The notes under the pieces: generated by a model | The model's database searches: none | Told to the model about the DNA's origin: nothing | What the model saw: only the letters and a program-made list of their open reading frames with translations | Translations under genes and position numbers: made by a program | NCBI GenBank assembly: GCA_963823415.1 | Contig: CAWGLJ010000009.1 | Span: forward strand, 247,748-311,747 | DNA from: an uncultured Gammaproteobacteria bacterium | Lineage (GTDB): Bacteria; Pseudomonadota; Gammaproteobacteria; Steroidobacterales; Steroidobacteraceae | Length of the DNA stretch: 64,000 bases | Direction of reading: 5' to 3' | Part shown: positions 1 to 8,594 of the stretch, piece by piece | Layout of the letters: every line of letters begins with the position of its first letter | Position numbering within the stretch: the first letter of the stretch is position 1

Positions 1-322
1 CGAGATGCCGCGCATCGAGAGCGCGTCGGTGAAGCCGTCCGCGGTGTTGCCGCTGAACCCCGGCGTGAAGTCGACGATGGCGCGGATGTCGGCCATGCGG
101 CCCTCGCTCAGCATGTCGCCGGTGAAGGCGGACACCGAGAGCGGCACGTCCTGCAGGGACTGCTGGCGCTTCTGCGCCGTGATCACGACTTCCTCGAGGC
201 CGACGATTTCCGACTCGGGCGCCGGTGGGGGCGGCGGTTCCTGCTGGGCATGCGCCGCAAGCGGGCAAGCCCATCGCAAGGGCGACGGCCGCGCGGACCG
301 AGGTCAGGCAAAGATCCTTCAT
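1..322 (-). pseudogene. TonB-dependent receptor, N-terminal part only (gene runs off the left edge); signal peptide and plug domain lie in different frames
   Basis: Reverse translation of ~1-250 gives AAHAQQEPPPPPAPESEIVGLEEVVITAQKRQQSLQDVPLSVSAFTGDMLSEGRMADIRAIVDFTPGFSGNTADGFTDALSMRGIS, a typical TonB-box/plug N-terminus. The ATG at 322 opens a signal peptide MKDLCLTSVRAAVALAMGL in another frame, so there is one indel near 255-265. Confidence 0.65.
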
Positions 323-388
323 ACGCAATCCCCCCGGACGGTACGAGAACACCGAGCCCCGGGACGAGGATACGCGCGTGCGGCGCAT

Positions 389-1717
389 TCAGTCCAAGCG
401 GTCGATGATCCCCGACAGCGTTTCGAAGATCCGGTCCACGTCCTTGCGCTCGACGGTGAGCGGCGGCGACATCGCGATCGTGTCGCCGGTGATGCGGATC
501 AGCAGGCCGGCGTTGAACGCCGCGACCATCGCGTCGTAGCCGCGGCTGCCCGGCGCCCCGTCGCGCGGGGCCAGTTCGATGCCGGCGACGAGGCCGTAGG
601 CGCGCAGGTCGACGACGTTCTTGCGGCCCTTCAGGGCGTGCACGGCATCCGACCAGTAGGGCGCCAGTGCCTTGGCACGCTCGAACAGGCGCTCGCCGCG
701 GTAGATTTTCTGCGTCGCGAGGCCGGCGGCGCAGGCGATCGGGTGCGCCGAGTAGGTGTAGCCGTGGAACAGCTCGATGGAGCCTGCCGGCCCCGACATG
801 AACGTGTCGTAGATCTCGCGCTTCACGAATACCGCGCCCATCGGCACGGCGCCATTCGTGAGTCCCTTGGCGCAGGTCATGATGTCCGGGACGACGTCGA
901 ACTCCTGGGCCGCGAAGGCGGAGCCGGTGCGGCCGAAGCCGGTGATGACCTCGTCGAATATGAGCAGGATCCCGTGCTTGGTGCACAGTTCCCGCAGCCG
1001 CTTCAGGTAGCCCTTCGGCGGCAGCAGCACGCCGGTCGAGCCCGCGATCGGCTCGACGATCACGGCGGCGATCGTCGATGCGTCGTGCAGCGCGACAAGG
1101 CGATCGAGGTCGTCGGCGAACTCGGCGCCGTGCTCCGGGAGTCCCTTCGAGTACGAGTTCCGCGCCGGATCGTGCGTGTGGCGCAGGTGGTCGACGCCCG
1201 GCAGCATCATGCCGAAGTACTTGCGGTTGTTGACCATGCCGCCCACGGAGATGCCGCCGAAGCCGACGCCGTGGTAACCGCGCTCGCGGCCGATCAGGCG
1301 GCTCCGGGCGCCTTCGCCGCGCACGCGGTGGTACGCGATCGCGATCTTCAGCGCCGTGTCCACGGACTCCGAGCCCGAGTTCGTGAAGAACACGCGGTCG
1401 AGCCCCGGCGGCGTGATCTCGACGAGCGCGTTGGCGAGTTCGAAGGCGACCGGGTGGCCCATCTGGAAGGGCGGCGCGTAGTCCAGCACCGCGATCTGCT
1501 TCGCGACCGCGTCGGTGATCTCCTTGCGGCCGTGGCCGGCATTGACGCACCACAGCCCCGACGCGGCGTCGAGCACCTGGCGTCCCTCCGGCGTCCAGTA
1601 ATGGAGGCCCTCGGCGCGCGCGAGCATGCGGGGATTCGCCTTGAACTGCCGGTTCGCCGTGAACGGCATCCAGAAGGCGTCGAGGTCGGTCGGGACTGCG
1701 CTCATGATAATTGACAC
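389..1717 (-). CDS. class-III PLP aminotransferase, omega-amino acid (beta-alanine)--pyruvate transaminase-like
   Basis: Intact 442-aa ORF. Motifs: WMPFTANRQFK, SGLWCVNAGHGR, FTNSGSESVDTA, IFDEVITGFGRTG and TCAKGLTNG (PLP lysine context). The start is GTG 1717 or ATG 1706. Confidence 0.9.
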   Translation of the reverse strand: MSIIMSAVPTDLDAFWMPFTANRQFKANPRMLARAEGLHYWTPEGRQVLDAASGLWCVNAGHGRKEITDAVAKQIAVLDYAPPFQMGHPVAFELANALVEITPPGLDRVFFTNSGSESVDTALKIAIAYHRVRGEGARSRLIGRERGYHGVGFGGISVGGMVNNRKYFGMMLPGVDHLRHTHDPARNSYSKGLPEHGAEFADDLDRLVALHDASTIAAVIVEPIAGSTGVLLPPKGYLKRLRELCTKHGILLIFDEVITGFGRTGSAFAAQEFDVVPDIMTCAKGLTNGAVPMGAVFVKREIYDTFMSGPAGSIELFHGYTYSAHPIACAAGLATQKIYRGERLFERAKALAPYWSDAVHALKGRKNVVDLRAYGLVAGIELAPRDGAPGSRGYDAMVAAFNAGLLIRITGDTIAMSPPLTVERKDVDRIFETLSGIIDRLD

Positions 1718-1769
1718 TGTTGGGATGACGACGCGATATTACGCAAATCCGTGTTTAAAATCATAGACA
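1704..1769. promoter_or_regulatory. A/T-rich boxes in the divergent aminotransferase/puuR-like spacer: ATGATAATTGACACTG (1704-1719) and GTTTAAAATCATAGACA (1753-1769). Candidate PuuR/PauR-type operator or -10 elements
   Basis: The GTTYAAAAT(C/A)(A/T)T core recurs at 43015-43030 and 43229-43246 in the second polyamine locus. Such A/T runs stand out in this G+C-rich sequence. Confidence 0.4.
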
Positions 1770-1782
1770 GACCGGGGTGCCC

Positions 1783-2331
1783 ATGGCGAACGACGTCGCA
1801 TTGCGGCTGAAGGCCGTCCGGCAGATGCATGGCCTTTCCCAGCGCGAACTTGCCAAGCGCGCCGGGGTCACGAACGGCATGATTTCGCTGATCGAACAGG
1901 GGCGCGTGAGCCCTTCCGTCGCCTCGCTCAAGAAGGTGCTCGACAGCCTGCCCATGGGCCTCGCCGAATTCTTCACCATGGACACCGCCGGGACCACGCA
2001 GGTCTTCTACGGCAAGGAAGAGCTGGTCGAGCTCGGCGAGGGGCCCGTTTCCCTGCGGCTCGTCGCCGCCCGCCGGCCGGGCCGGCGCATGACGGTCCTG
2101 CGCGAGAGCTACGAGCCGGGGGCCGATACCGGCTCTGACATGCTGCGCCACGTCGGCGAGGAAGGCGGGGTCGTCGTCTCCGGCAAGGTCGAAGTGACGA
2201 TCGGCGGCCAGACCCGCGTCCTCGGGCCCGGGGACGCTTATTATTTCGCGAGCGCCGTGCCGCACCGCTTCCGCAATCGCGGGCGCGAGCGCTGTGAGAT
2301 CATCAGCGCCTCGAGCCCACCGACCCTCTGA
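1783..2331 (+). CDS. puuR: XRE-family HTH + cupin transcriptional regulator (PuuR/PauR-like)
   Basis: Intact ORF (track 1777-2331; ATG at 1783). N-terminal HTH: LRLKAVRQMHGLSQRELAKRAGVTNGMISLIEQGRVSPS. C-terminal cupin: GEEGGVVVSGKVEVTIGG..LGPGDAYYF..VPHRFRN. It is divergent from an aminotransferase and upstream of aldehyde dehydrogenase/aguB. Confidence 0.8.
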   Translation: MANDVALRLKAVRQMHGLSQRELAKRAGVTNGMISLIEQGRVSPSVASLKKVLDSLPMGLAEFFTMDTAGTTQVFYGKEELVELGEGPVSLRLVAARRPGRRMTVLRESYEPGADTGSDMLRHVGEEGGVVVSGKVEVTIGGQTRVLGPGDAYYFASAVPHRFRNRGRERCEIISASSPPTL

Positions 2332-2341
2332 GGACATCGCC

Positions 2342-3842
2342 GTGACCCGCGAACAGAAGACAGTCGACTGGCAGGCGCTCGCCAAGACCCTGACGCCGCG
2401 CACGCAGGCCTTCGTCGACGGCAAGTACGTGCCGGCCATCTCGGGCGCGACCTTCGACTGCGTCAACCCGGCGAACGGCCAGGTCATCGCGCAGGTCGCC
2501 TCCTGCGATGCCGCGGACGTGGAGGCCGCGGTGCGCGAGCGCGCGCAAGGCGTTCGAGGGCGGCGCCTGGTCGCGGCGCGCGCCGGCCGCACGCAAGAAA
2601 GTGCTGTTGCGTTTCGCGGAGCTGATCCGCAAGCATCGCGACGAGCTCGCGCTCACCGAAACGATGGACATGGGCAAGCCCATCTCGGACTCGATGAAGG
2701 TCGACATCCCCGCGGCTGCGAACTGCATCGCCTGGTACGCCGAGGCGACCGACAAGGTCTATGACGAAGTCGCGCCGACCCCGCACGAGACGCTCGCCCT
2801 GATCACGCGCGAGTCGGTCGGCGTCGTCGCGGCGATCGTGCCCTGGAACTTCCCGCTGCTGATGGCTTCCTGGAAGCTCGGCCCGGCGCTCGCGACCGGC
2901 AACTCGATCGTGCTGAAGCCCTCCGAGAAGTCGCCGCTCACGGCGTTGCGCATCGCGGAGCTGGCCATGGAGGCGGGACTTCCCGAGGGCGTGCTGAACG
3001 TCGTACCGGGCTTCGGCTACACGGCGGGCGAGGCGCTCGCGATGCACATGGACGTCGACTGCGTCGCCTTCACGGGCTCGACCCGCACCGGCAAGCGCAT
3101 GCTCGAGTACGCCGGCAAGTCGAACATGAAGCGCGTCTGGCTCGAGTGCGGCGGCAAGGCGCCGAACGTGGTGCTCGGCGACGTCGCGGACATCGAGCGC
3201 GCGGCGAGCGCCGCCGCCTACGGCATCTTCTTCAACCAGGGCGAGATGTGCTCGGCGGCCTCGCGGCTCGTCGTGCACGAGTCCGTGAAGGACGCGATGC
3301 TCGAGAAGATCGTCGAGATCGGCCGGACCATGGCGCCCGGCGACCCGCTGGACCCGAAGACGCGCCTCGGCGCGATCGTCGACCAGGTGCAGCTCAACAC
3401 CGTGATGGGCTACATCGAGTCCGGACAGGAGGAGGGCGCCGAGCTGCGCCTCGGCGGCAAGCGCGCCCGCAAGGAGAGCGGCGGCTATTTCGTCGAGCCG
3501 ACGGTGTTCGCCGACGTGAAGCCCGACATGAAGATCGCCCGCGAGGAGATCTTCGGGCCGGTGCTGTCGACGATCACGTTCAGCGACGTCGAGGAGGCGG
3601 TGAAGATCGCCAATGACGTCAGCTACGGCCTCACGGCGGCGGTCTGGAGCCGCGACATCACGACCGCGCACCGGGTCGCGAAGCGGCTGCGCGCCGGCAC
3701 CGTGTACGTCAACTGCTACGACGCGGACGACATCACCGTGCCGTTCGGCGGCTTCAAGCAGTCCGGCAACGGCCGCGACAAGTCGCTGCACGCCATGGAC
3801 AAGTACACCGAGCTCAAGACCACCTGGATCGACCTGTCATGA
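2342..3842 (+). pseudogene. puuC: NAD(P)-aldehyde dehydrogenase, gamma-glutamyl-gamma-aminobutyraldehyde dehydrogenase-like (PuuC/PauC type); one frame change
   Basis: The N-terminus VTREQKTVDWQALAKTLTPRTQAFVDGKYVPAISGATFDCVNPANGQVIAQV lies in the frame of ORF 2294-2764. The rest (VPWNFPLLM, LECGGKAP, FFNQGEMCSAAS, EEIFGPV, PFGGFKQSGNGRD) lies in ORF 2508-3842. The switch is near 2525-2540. Confidence 0.85.
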
Positions 3843-4708
3843 AGGTCACCGTCGCCGCGACGCAGATGGCCTGCAGCTGGGACCGCGAGGCGAACGTCGC
3901 GAACGCCGAGCGGCTGATCCGCGAGGCGGCGAAGCAGGGCGCGAACGTGATCCTGATCCAGGAGCTGTTCGAGGCGCCGTACTTCTGCAAGGACCACCTC
4001 GCGAAGCACTTCGAGCTGGCCGTGCCGATCGCCGAGAACACCGCGATCCAGCGGCTGGCGAAGGTCGCGAAGGAACTGAAGGTGGTGCTGCCGCTGTCCG
4101 TGTTCGAGCGCGCGCAGAACGCCTACTTCAACACGCTGGTGATGGTGGACGCCGACGGGTCGACGCTCGGCATCTACCGCAAGTCGCACATCCCGGAGAG
4201 CCCGGGCTACCACGAGAAGTTCTACTTCTCGCCGGGCGACACGGGATTCAAGGTGTGGCCGACCCGGTATGGCACGCTGGGCGTCGCAGTGTGCTGGGAC
4301 CAGTGGTTCCCGGAGTCCGCGCGCGCGATGGCGCTCATGGGCGCCGAGATCCTGCTGTACCCGACCGCGATCGGCTCGGAGCCGCAGGATCCCTCGCTCG
4401 ACTCGCGCCGTCACTGGCAGCGGACGATGCAGGGCCACGCCGCGGCCAACATCATGCCGCTCGTCGCCTCGAACCGGATCGGTACCGAGCAGGGCGAAAA
4501 GCTCTCGATCACCTTCTACGGCACCTCGTTCATCGCCGACCACACCGGCGCGGTCCTCGCCGAGGCCGACGACCACAGCGAACAGGTGCTGACCGCAAGC
4601 TTCGACCTCGAGGAGATCCGCCGTTACCGTCATTCCTGGGGTGTCTATCGCGACCGGCGCCCGGACCTCTACGGGCCATTGCTGAAGCTGGACGGTGGCC
4701 GGGGCTGA
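3839..4708 (+). CDS. aguB: N-carbamoylputrescine amidase (CN-hydrolase/nitrilase superfamily)
   Basis: Intact 289-aa ORF with full-length family look (VILIQELFEAPYFC, GIYRKSHIPESPGYHEKFYFSPGD, GVAVCWDQWFPE, LLYPTAIGSEP). ATGA start/stop overlap with the aldehyde dehydrogenase. Confidence 0.85.
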   Translation: MKVTVAATQMACSWDREANVANAERLIREAAKQGANVILIQELFEAPYFCKDHLAKHFELAVPIAENTAIQRLAKVAKELKVVLPLSVFERAQNAYFNTLVMVDADGSTLGIYRKSHIPESPGYHEKFYFSPGDTGFKVWPTRYGTLGVAVCWDQWFPESARAMALMGAEILLYPTAIGSEPQDPSLDSRRHWQRTMQGHAAANIMPLVASNRIGTEQGEKLSITFYGTSFIADHTGAVLAEADDHSEQVLTASFDLEEIRRYRHSWGVYRDRRPDLYGPLLKLDGGRG

Positions 4709-6058
4709 GGACGCGCTCGCAGGCCGGATCGCCTGCGTGGACCTCGAGACCACGGGCGGGCATGCGGGGCGCGACCGGGTCATGGAGGCGGGCATCGTCC
4801 TGCTCGAGGACGGCGCGATCGTCGAGGAATGGTCGACGCTCGTGAACCCGGAAGTGCGAATCCCCTATGCGATCCAGCAGTTCACCGGCATCACCGAGGC
4901 GATGGTCGCGGACGCGCCGCCGTTCGCCAGGGTCGCGGACGAGATCGCCTCGCGGATCGAGGGCCGGCTGTTCGTCGCGCACAACGCGCGCTTCGACTAC
5001 GGGTTCCTGCGCGGGGAGTTCCGGCGCCTCGGCCGGCGTTTCCGCGCGCCGGTGCTGTGCACCGTGCGGCTCTCGCGCGCGCTGACACCCGACGAGCGCG
5101 GCCACAACCTCGACGCGGTCATGACACGCCACGGCATCAGCTGCGAAGCGCGCCACCGCGCGCTCGGCGACGCGCGCGTGCTGGCGGAATTCCTCGGCAT
5201 CGCGCGGGCGCGCTGGCCGGCCGGCGACGCTCGGCCCGGTGGTCGAGCGGCTGACCTCCGTCCCGCGGCTGCCGCCGCAGCTCGACCCCGGGCTCGCGGA
5301 CGAGCTGCCGGAAGGGCCGGGCGTCTACCTCTTCCACGGCGAGGACGACGCGCTGCTCTACGTCGGCAAGGCGAAGAACCTCGCGACCCGCGTGCTCGCG
5401 CATTTCGCCGAACCGCACTCGAAGCTCGACGGCGAGATCGCGCGGCGCGTCCGGCGCATCGAGTGGATCGAGACGGCCGGCGAGTTCGGCGCGCTCCTGA
5501 CCGAGGCGCGGCTCATCAAGGTCGCGAAGGCCCGCTGTTCAACCGTCGGCCCCGCGGCTCCGACGCGCTCTGGGGGATTCACCTGCGCGAGGACGGGGCG
5601 ATGCCGCTCGCCGGCGATCCGCGAGCTGGACGCGCTCGACGATCCCGGCGCCAGCTACGGGATCTTCCGGCGCGCCGTGGACGCCGAGCGCGCACTCGAA
5701 GGGCTCGCCGCGCACCCACGAGCTGTGCGCGAAATGGCTGGGACTCGAGCCCGGGGAGGGCTCCTGCCTCGGCTTCCAGCTCGGGCGCTGCCGCGGCGTC
5801 TGCATCGGCAAGGAGCCGCCCGCGCTCCACGCCGTGCGCGTGAAGCTCGCGCTCGCGGGTCTCAAGCGCCGCGACTGGCCGTTTCCCGGCCCGATCGGCA
5901 TCCGCGAGCGCGACTGGCGGGGCCATGAGGAAACGCACGTCTTCGATCGCTGGTGCCACGCCGACGAGCCGTTCGACCTCGACGTCTACCGCATCCTGAC
6001 CGGATTCCTCGACCGGCCGCTGCGCGGCGCGCAGATCGTGCGCCCGGGCGACGACTGA
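4695..6058 (+). pseudogene. DnaQ-type 3'-5' exonuclease fused to a GIY-YIG (UvrC/Cho-like) nuclease domain; several frame changes
   Basis: Exonuclease motifs CVDLETTG, LFVAHNARFDYGFL and HRALGDARV lie in ORF 4695. The GIY-YIG motif PGVYLFHGEDDALLYVGKAKNLATRV...IEWIETAGEFGALLTEARLIK lies in ORF 5239. The C-terminus RRDWPFPGPIGIRE... lies in ORF 5834-6058. At least four frame switches. Confidence 0.75.
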
Positions 6059-8249
6059 TGCGCGCGCCCTTCTTCGTGACGGCGGCCACGGGCACCGCGG
6101 ACCTGCTCGCCGCGGAGCTCGCGGCGCTCGGCATCGAAGGCGCGCGCGAGGTGCAGGGCGGCGTCACCTGCGAGGGCGAGCTGGCCGCCGCCTACCGCGC
6201 CTGCCTCGAATCGCGGCTCGCGCTGCGCGTGCTCTGGCAGATCGCGCGCTTCCCGGTCGCCGATGCCGCCGCGCTCTACGCGGGCGTCGGCGAGACCGAC
6301 TGGGCAGCCCACATGGATGCATCGGGCACGCTCGCGGTCGATTTCTCGGGCGCCGTCGCCGGGCATCACGCACACGCAGTTCGGCGCGCAGCGCGTCAAG
6401 GACGCGATCGTCGACCAGTTCCGCGAGCGCGACCGGCAGCCGTCCCTCCGTGGACCGCGACTCACCGACGCTGCGCATCAACGCGCACGCCGCGCGCGGC
6501 GCGCTGACGCTCGCGATCGACCTGTCCGGCGAGAGCCTGCACCGGCGCGGCTACCGCGGCGGCGCGGGCGCGGCGCCGCTCAAGGAGAACCTCGCCGCCG
6601 CGATCCTGATCCGCGCCGGCTGGCCCGCGATCGCGGCGGCCGGCGGCTCGCTTCGTGGACCCGATGTGCGGCTCCGGCACGCTGCCCATCGAGGCGGCGC
6701 TGATCGCCGCCGACATCGCGCCGGGCCTGCTGCGCGCCGGGCTTCGGCTTTCGAGCGCTGGAAGCAGCACGACGCCGATGCCTGGGCGGCGGTACGCGGC
6801 GGCCGCCGAGGCGCGCCGGCAGGTCGGGCTGCTGACGCCCGGGCCGCATCCGCGGCTTCGACCGCGACCCGGTCGCGATCCGCGATGCCGAGGCGAACGC
6901 CGCGCGCGCGGGCCTCGACAAGCGGCTCTTCCTCCAGCGCTGCGAGCTCGAGAAGCTGCCGGCCGCGCCGGCGCCCACCGGCCTCTTCGCCGTGAACCCG
7001 CCCTACGGCGAGCGCATCGGCGAGACCGACGAACTGCGCAGCCTCTACGCGCTGCTCGGCGAGCGGCTGCGCGCCGGCTACCTCGGCTGGGAGGCGGCCG
7101 TCTTCACGGGCAACCCGGCGCTCGGCCGCGAGCTCGGCATCAACGCGCGGCGCACGCACCGCATGATGAACGGGCCGATCGAGTGCCGGCTGCTGCGGCT
7201 GCGCATCGAGCCTGCCGAGTTCGTGCAGGCGCGCGAGCCCGGCCGGCCGCCGGTGATCGACGCCGAGGCGGCGCGCGCGCGGCCCGGCGCGCAGATGTTC
7301 GCGAACCGCCTGAAGAAGAACCTGGACCGGCTCGCGGGCTGGGCCCGAGCGCGAGGCGGTCTCCTGCTACCGCGTCTACGACGCCGACATGCCGGAGTAC
7401 GCGTTCGCGATCGACCTGTACCAGTCGGACCCGGCGGGAAGCGCGGGCCGCTGGCTGTACGTGCAGGAGTACGCGCCGCCCGCGACGGTCGACAAGGACA
7501 AGGCGAGGGCGCGCCGCGAGGAAGCGATCTCCGTGCTGCCCGAGGTGCACGGGCCTCGCCGCCGAGTGCGATCTACTGGCGCACGCGCCGCCCGCAGAAG
7601 GGCAGCTCGCAGTACGAGGCGATGGCGGAGGTGGACGAGCGCGTGGTCGTCGAGGAGGGCGGGCTCAAGTTCCTGGTCAACTTCACGGACTACCTCGACA
7701 CGGGCCTGTTCCTCGACCACCGGCCGACGCGCGCGCGGATCCGGATGCTGGCGAAGGGCAAGCGCTTCCTCAACCTCTTCTGCTACACCGGCGCGGCGAC
7801 GGTGTACGCGGCCGCGGGCGGCGCGGCGTCGACGACCAGCATCGACATGTCGCGCACCTACGTCGAGTGGGCGAAGCGCAACCTCGCGGTCAACGGCACT
7901 GCACGGCGCGCAACACGAGTTCATCCAGGAGGACTGCCTCGCCTGGCTGGCGGAGGCGCGGGCGGAACGCTACGACCTCATCTTCCTCGACCCGCCGACC
8001 TTCTCGAACTCCAAGCGCATGGACCGCGAGTTCGACGTGCAGCGCGACCACGTCGACCTCATCCGCGCGACGATGAAGCTGCTCGCGCCGGGCGGGCTGC
8101 TGCTGTTCTCCACCAACTTCCGCAAGTTCAAGCTGGATGCCGAGGCGCTGAAGGACCTGCAGATCCGCGACATCACAAAGGGGACAGTCCCCTTCGACTT
8201 CGCGCGCGACGCGAAGGTGCACGCCTGCTTCGAGGTCCGGCGCGGATAG
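6058..8249 (+). pseudogene. rlmL: 23S rRNA (guanine2445-N2/guanine2069-N7) methyltransferase RlmKL; many frame changes
   Basis: Pieces spread over all three + frames: [28 protein letters not shown].., [108 protein letters not shown]. At least eight frame switches. Confidence 0.85.
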
Positions 8250-8371
8250 GCTCTGCCTGAGGGTCCGACCCTGCACGGGATGTGGTTTTCGGGTCGTTCC
8301 GAGCGTAACGCAGTGACGCTCAAAGTGCCGAAAAGCGAACTACCGGAGTCCCGTAGGCGTCGCGCGGCCGG

Positions 8372-8581
8372 CTACGCCAGCTTCTTGACGGCCTGGATCG
8401 CGATCGACGACAGGCCCTCGCCGCCGGCGCTGACGTGACGGCGGATCTCCGCGCGCATGCGCGGCTCCCAGAACTTCTTCATGTGGCCGGCGACCTGCTC
8501 GGCGGCGGCCGCCTTGTCGGGGTCGGAACCGAAGAAGTTCGCGATGTCGTTGGCCATCGTGACCAGGCGCTGGACATTCAT
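8372..8581 (-). CDS. fdsD: formate dehydrogenase delta subunit
   Basis: Intact 69-aa ORF MNVQRLVTMANDIANFFGSDPDKAAAAEQVAGHMKKFWEPRMR.., the typical FdsD family sequence. Last gene of the fds operon. Confidence 0.8.
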   Translation of the reverse strand: MNVQRLVTMANDIANFFGSDPDKAAAAEQVAGHMKKFWEPRMRAEIRRHVSAGGEGLSSIAIQAVKKLA

Positions 8582-8594
8582 CGCCGCGCGCCCC

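Noticed and set aside
5-1714. A 569-aa + strand ORF and a 456-aa minus-strand ORF (183-1553) overlapping the aminotransferase gene
   Set aside because: Both have Arg/Ala/Gly/Pro/His-rich low-complexity translations typical of out-of-frame or antisense reading of very G+C-rich coding DNA. The 389-1717 minus-strand frame carries all the class-III aminotransferase motifs.
8250-8371. An unassigned 120-bp spacer between the convergent rlmL and fdsD genes, with short hairpins (GAGCGT..ACGCTC, GGGT..ACCC)
   Set aside because: The stems are short, no T-tracts follow them, and I see no resemblance to tRNA, sRNA or repeat families. It is probably just a weak terminator region.
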